A DNA stretch of 51,035 nt from Methanobacteriota archaeon (GTDB taxonomy: Archaea; Thermoplasmatota; Poseidoniia; Poseidoniales; Poseidoniaceae). The position numbers and the translations under genes were made by a program. This document shows, piece after piece, positions 46,620 to 51,035 of this stretch. The notes beneath the pieces were generated by a model. It was not told the DNA's origin. It saw only the letters and a program-made list of their open reading frames with translations, and made no database searches. Each line of letters starts with the position of its first letter. Positions within the stretch are counted from its first letter, which is position 1. The stretch is taken from NCBI GenBank assembly GCA_002689345.1, contig NZFU01000034.1, positions 1 through 51,035 of the forward strand. The letters are read 5' to 3'.

Positions 46620-47357
46620 GTGAATCTAGAGCACTGTATGATGGCAGGTTACCGTCTAGTCTGGTTTCAACATCTGCACAAGGCTGCAGGAACCTATGTG
46701 ATTAGACGTGCAATGGCCAACGGCGAGACATTTTGGGCAAATCACGAAAATGGAAATCCTGTAGAAAATGGGAGCGTAATCCAACTTTGGAAAATGTCTT
46801 CTGAAGAATTATCTTCCTTTGTTGATAAATGTGAAAAAAAAGGAGTAACCTTTGTTGCTTGTGAGTGGGGAGGCCCCGATTTCCAAACTCTATCTAATGA
46901 CGAACGAGTTACACTCTTAACCTGCTTGCGGCACCCCATTAAACGATTAGTTTCAAATTATAATTATGACCATTATTGGATGTGGACTAAAGCATCATCA
47001 TATGATGAATATCTTAGTGAACCACATTTACATTCTTCTCCTGAGTATTATACTCAGATTTTTTCCAGAGGCGAGTCCAATTTAGATAAAGCCAAATCAA
47101 ATCTCGAATTATTTGACCACGTAATTATTGCTGAAGATGGCATGGAAGCATTGAATGAATTGGGCTGGAGTAAAGAAAGCGACACAACACACCCAACGTT
47201 TGGCAATAGCAAAAGAGCGCTAATCCTCTTTGCAAAATTTAGATGGATTCGCCTATTCAATTATCTCCGAAACGTAAAATTCCAACCCGATGTTGAATTG
47301 AAAATCGAAGAAAAAAACCGACTGGATTTAGAATTATATAATTCATTGAGAAGATAA
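46620..47357 (+). CDS. sulfotransferase-family protein
   Basis: [10 protein letters not shown] (5'-PSB loop) and [12 protein letters not shown] (3'-PB motif). Confidence 0.75.
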   Translation: MNLEHCMMAGYRLVWFQHLHKAAGTYVIRRAMANGETFWANHENGNPVENGSVIQLWKMSSEELSSFVDKCEKKGVTFVACEWGGPDFQTLSNDERVTLLTCLRHPIKRLVSNYNYDHYWMWTKASSYDEYLSEPHLHSSPEYYTQIFSRGESNLDKAKSNLELFDHVIIAEDGMEALNELGWSKESDTTHPTFGNSKRALILFAKFRWIRLFNYLRNVKFQPDVELKIEEKNRLDLELYNSLRR

Positions 47358-48296
47358 ACTAGGCCCAATACCTGTCATTATTTCTCCTTCAATCCAGGCA
47401 CCTCTGTACATCAACATAGTCTGGAATGGAATTTCCACATTCCCCTCTTTGTCAATGGCGATAACGCCGCCACGGCCACCTATTGGTGCAACCATATCCA
47501 ACATACCTTTGCAAGCCTGCGACAAAGATTCTCCAAGACGTAAACGTGTAGATACCTCATGGGCAGCACAAGTTCGAATGAAAGCCTCACCTACGCCAGT
47601 GCATGAAACAGCAACGGTATGATCAGCCCATGTTCCTGCTCCAATAATTGGAGTATCTCCAATTCTACCATCTGGTTTTCCAGTCATTCCACCAGTGCTT
47701 GTTGCTGCTGCTAAAACTCCTCTCGAATCAATTGCAACAGCACCTACGGTCCCCATTCCTTCAGCATCATGGTCTAGAATCGCTCCATCATCTTCATCGG
47801 TTGAACCCGGACGGGATTTTGCACTCTTCCACTTTTCCCATTGAGCTAGGCGTAAATCAGTAATTAGCCAATCTGGAGAAACTTCCTCTACTCCAGATTC
47901 GATTGCGAATTTATCCGCAGCAGTACTATTCATCATCACCGGCCAACCATTGTCTAGAACTATTTTGGCAGCCCTAATGGGGTTTCTGATTTTTGTGACA
48001 TTTACCACTGAACCAGCAGCACGATCGCTCCCTCGCATTATACTTGCATCCATAGTTACACTACGATTGGCATCTAACACCGAGCCAATACCTGCATTGA
48101 ATAACGGCTCATCTTCCATCATTTCCACAGCCATAGTTACCGCTTCTAGGGCATCAAGTCCATTTTCAAGCATTGAGCCAACAGTCGACAATACAGATTG
48201 CATACAGGCAATTCTTTGCGGATCTAAATCTGTAGGGCCCTTCCAAGGACCATCACCACCAGCTCCACCATGAATGGCGAGCCGAACCATAATCAC
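47343..48296 (-). CDS. iaaA: isoaspartyl peptidase / L-asparaginase (Ntn hydrolase)
   Basis: AIHGGAG, FNAGIG, MDASIM, G|TVGAVA autocleavage site, AATSTGG, GRIGDTPIIGAG. Confidence 0.93.
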   Translation of the reverse strand: MIMVRLAIHGGAGGDGPWKGPTDLDPQRIACMQSVLSTVGSMLENGLDALEAVTMAVEMMEDEPLFNAGIGSVLDANRSVTMDASIMRGSDRAAGSVVNVTKIRNPIRAAKIVLDNGWPVMMNSTAADKFAIESGVEEVSPDWLITDLRLAQWEKWKSAKSRPGSTDEDDGAILDHDAEGMGTVGAVAIDSRGVLAAATSTGGMTGKPDGRIGDTPIIGAGTWADHTVAVSCTGVGEAFIRTCAAHEVSTRLRLGESLSQACKGMLDMVAPIGGRGGVIAIDKEGNVEIPFQTMLMYRGAWIEGEIMTGIGPSLSSQ

Positions 48297-48299
48297 ACC

Positions 48300-48782
48300 T
48301 CAAACGCGCTTGACAGAAAGAATCTGTTGCGGCTGAGCAGGCCTATCGCCTGGTAATTTTCTGCATCCTTCAATCGCTTTTACAACATTCATTCCTTCAA
48401 CAACTTCACCAAAGATAGCGTGATTACCATTTAACCAAGGCGTTGCAACTGTCGTTAAGAAGAATTGAGAGCCACCAGTATTTTTTCCAGCGTTAGCCAT
48501 AGAAAGAATACCCGGCCTGTCATGTAGCATATTCAAGGCATTGGATTCACAAGGAATCTTCCAACCTGGCCCGCCAGTTCCTGCCATTCTACTCATTGGA
48601 TCTTTAGAATGAGGGCAGCCACCTTGAATCATGAATTGCTCGATTACCCGGTGGAAATGCAAGCCATCATAGAATCCAGAATCAACTAATTTGAGAAAAT
48701 TATCTGTTGTTTCAGGAGCTTCTGATGTGAATAATCGAATCTTTAGGTCTCCGGCACTTGTTTGCATCATGACGTCGGTCAT
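48300..48782 (-). CDS. cyclophilin-type peptidyl-prolyl cis-trans isomerase
   Basis: YDGLHFHRVIEQFMIQGG, LSMANAG, GSQFF, WLNGNHAIFG. Confidence 0.96.
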   Translation of the reverse strand: MTDVMMQTSAGDLKIRLFTSEAPETTDNFLKLVDSGFYDGLHFHRVIEQFMIQGGCPHSKDPMSRMAGTGGPGWKIPCESNALNMLHDRPGILSMANAGKNTGGSQFFLTTVATPWLNGNHAIFGEVVEGMNVVKAIEGCRKLPGDRPAQPQQILSVKRV

Positions 48783-48844
48783 GGTATGGTCTGAGAGAAG
48801 ACCGTTCATGACCCTTACGATTTACGAGCAATTTTTTCATTATC

Positions 48845-49177
48845 TTAATCAATTCTAAATGCAATTCGAATACATACAAGAATAATTATTCCAATAATCA
48901 CGATGAGTTTCTGGAAACCAGTTTCTTTTTCTGGTTTCCCGTCATCAATTATACCATGGTCGTGAAAAGGGTTCTTGAATTCTGGACGTTCTCTTTCCCA
49001 ACCTTGCTCATTCTCACCGATTCCATATTTTATACTACTTTGATAATTAGACACTTTGTTTTGTACAGTGGCCTCTAAAGAAGATGAACCCTGGTATTCT
49101 TTAGTGGCACAGTAAGGGCAATATGCATAATTCCCATCAAACTGCTTCCCACAATTTTTGCAGTGCACATTAATCAC
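48845..49177 (-). CDS. small zinc-ribbon protein with C-terminal TM
   Basis: CKNCG..CPYC; C-terminal LIVIIGIIILVCI. Confidence 0.6.
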   Translation of the reverse strand: MINVHCKNCGKQFDGNYAYCPYCATKEYQGSSSLEATVQNKVSNYQSSIKYGIGENEQGWERERPEFKNPFHDHGIIDDGKPEKETGFQKLIVIIGIIILVCIRIAFRID

Positions 49178-49180
49178 TTT

Positions 49181-51035
49181 CTATTGGTTTAGCCAAGGTC
49201 GGAAGTGTTGGTCGGCATACGCTCTTGCTTGTTCGGCAGTGTATCCATGAGCATGCAACTGCTGCTCATATTGTAATTGCTCAGCAGTGATACTTGGGTC
49301 AGACGCAGCCATTCCCATCATAGGGTCATTGAATGCAGCATTCGCAAAGGAATCATCAGCCATGCCATCGTTGGAGCGGCCCTTTCTGAGAATAAGTAGA
49401 GTTAGTAAGATAATTAGAATCACTCCGCCACTAATACCTCCAATCATCACAGCATCAATGCCGCTTTCTGCAGCATCTTCGGTATTACCGTCGCCGTTTT
49501 CATCATCAGAGCCATCGCCGGTTCCGCCGTTTCCATCACCAGAACCATCACCGGTTCCGCCGTTTCCATCACCAGAGCCATCTCCGTTATTTCCACCGCC
49601 ATTGTCAGTTACTTCACAACCATCTTCAGGGTTTACAGTAACGCCCATGGCAGTAGCAGGACAGTCATCAAGAGAGTCAACAACACCGTCACCATCAGTA
49701 TCGAATTCACATCCATCTTCAGGGTTAACGGTCAATCCAGCTCCGGTGTCCGGACAGTCATCATCAGAATCTTGCACTCCGTCCCCGTCAGTATCTACGA
49801 ATGGAGGAGGGCAACCATCGCCACCATCTCCGCCTTCGATACCATATACGCCAGGACACTGATCTCCATCAGTACCACTACTATTGTCTCCAAAACCATC
49901 TCCATCAGCATCAACCCATTGAGTTTCATCAGTTGAATCCCAATCAGCACCTTCTTCTATGCTCCAATTATCAAGAGTAGTAGGATTTGAATATCCATCA
50001 CCATCATAGTCAGGACAACCAATTCGATCTAATTCACTATATCCTTTCTTCTGCGGGCAAGCATCTACGATTCCATCTCCAGTGTCGGTAGTATTGTATC
50101 CGTCTCTATCGAAATCATTAGCCCACAATTCATCTTCATTTTGAATAGTAAAGTTCTCTCCAACCATTTGATTATTAGAAACCGAATTTGGATATTCATC
50201 CACGGTTAGGTCCATGTTTACAGAGACTCTACATGAATATATTCCAGTGGCTGTATTTTCAGCAAATGTAGAATCGGTTGGATATGTATTCGATCTTTCC
50301 AAAACTACTTGTCCATATGTTGCAAAGGTACTCAAGGTCGCAGAATCTAATTCTTCAACTAGTGCCTCATTAGAATCAATCAACTCGAGGCTCCAAGAGA
50401 AATCTCCAATTGCAGGGCCTCGTAAATTATGGATGTCGAATGAATAAGTTATACTCTGGTTACTGAGCATATCCTCGCCACATGAAAGATTAGTAACTGC
50501 GAGGTCGGCCTTAGCAGGGTCATCGGTTTCGATTGAGAGGTTGTAGTAACCCTCCCCTCCTGCGGACTCGATAACAAGAGTGAATGTTCCATCCATTCCT
50601 TCATACATCACATCATCAAACGAGGACCAAGAGCCACCAGATGAATTTGAAACCCATGCAGTAACCATGCTTCCATTCGCATCATAAAGAGAGGAAGTAA
50701 ATACAGAGGAATTGTCTAAATCCAACATAATTTCGACATTGTTATGATCAGTCAAACTGAATTGATAAGCATCTGATGTATCTTGGCCACTTAGACAACC
50801 CGCCCCCTCTAGTGATGGGTTTGAGCCAATATTCATCGGATTCGAAACGTCAGTACCGGCATCTGTTCCAATTCCAGCATCACTCCAATCATTACATGTG
50901 AATGAGGGGACATATACTTCAGGCTCACCGATGATAATTCTGTATTCTCCAGCTCCTCCTGCAAACCATGGACTAAAGTCAGTCCAATTGAGCATCAATG
51001 TGAAGGAGCCTCCCGTGCCATTGAAATCTGTGTCC
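49181..51035 (-). CDS. large surface protein (5' end outside the window): PPC-like and CARDB-like domains, thrombospondin type-3 Ca-binding repeats, Gly-rich linker, TM anchor, cytoplasmic tail
   Basis: Frame is open to the window edge; DxDGDGxxDxxDxCP repeats; GDGSGDGNGGT linker; TM GISGGVILIILLTLLIL. Confidence 0.85.
   Translation of the reverse strand, partial: DTDFNGTGGSFTLMLNWTDFSPWFAGGAGEYRIIIGEPEVYVPSFTCNDWSDAGIGTDAGTDVSNPMNIGSNPSLEGAGCLSGQDTSDAYQFSLTDHNNVEIMLDLDNSSVFTSSLYDANGSMVTAWVSNSSGGSWSSFDDVMYEGMDGTFTLVIESAGGEGYYNLSIETDDPAKADLAVTNLSCGEDMLSNQSITYSFDIHNLRGPAIGDFSWSLELIDSNEALVEELDSATLSTFATYGQVVLERSNTYPTDSTFAENTATGIYSCRVSVNMDLTVDEYPNSVSNNQMVGENFTIQNEDELWANDFDRDGYNTTDTGDGIVDACPQKKGYSELDRIGCPDYDGDGYSNPTTLDNWSIEEGADWDSTDETQWVDADGDGFGDNSSGTDGDQCPGVYGIEGGDGGDGCPPPFVDTDGDGVQDSDDDCPDTGAGLTVNPEDGCEFDTDGDGVVDSLDDCPATAMGVTVNPEDGCEVTDNGGGNNGDGSGDGNGGTGDGSGDGNGGTGDGSDDENGDGNTEDAAESGIDAVMIGGISGGVILIILLTLLILRKGRSNDGMADDSFANAAFNDPMMGMAASDPSITAEQLQYEQQLHAHGYTAEQARAYADQHFRPWLNQ
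49507..49595. repeat. 33-bp tandem repeat (about 2.7 copies) encoding a GDGSGDGNGGT linker
   Basis: CAGAGCCATCGCCGGTTCCGCCGTTTCCATCAC / CAGAACCATCACCGGTTCCGCCGTTTCCATCAC / partial third copy. Confidence 0.85.

Noticed and set aside
1-51035. Mobile elements, prophage or defence island
   Set aside because: No integrase, transposase, RT, cas, restriction-modification or virion genes were recognised, and there is no direct repeat of the tRNA-Arg 3' end.

Overview
This is a gene-dense archaeal chromosome segment. It carries TFB, RpoP, topoisomerase VI A/B, split GMP synthase subunit A and an archaeal phosphopantothenate synthetase. It also carries bacterial-type metabolic genes (fumC, gcvH, xth, rnhA, a plsC-like acyltransferase) and giant acidic surface proteins. 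That combination points to Marine Group II archaea (Ca. Poseidoniales, Thermoplasmatota), which is an inference. About 50 CDS and one tRNA-Arg(CCT) are supported. I see no mobile element or CRISPR array. The standout is a ~900-nt non-coding stretch (about 44206-45130, + strand) between a beta-propeller gene and fumC. It has nine C(UUCG)G tetraloops, all on one strand, plus GNRA/CUUG hairpins, nested 5'-3' closing helices and 3-4 internally repeated, covarying modules. It lacks the signature motifs of RNase P, SRP or rRNA, so it looks like a large, ornate, possibly undescribed structured RNA. Other notable items: a 1678-aa surface protein with integrin-alpha-like architecture, an SdhA/NadB-fold flavoprotein that has lost all dicarboxylate-binding residues, a shared 'xIxxxDSV' motif in three unrelated membrane proteins, and three divergent gene pairs with candidate ATGs exactly 54 bp apart. 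All calls come from reading motifs by eye; no searches or folding programs were run.
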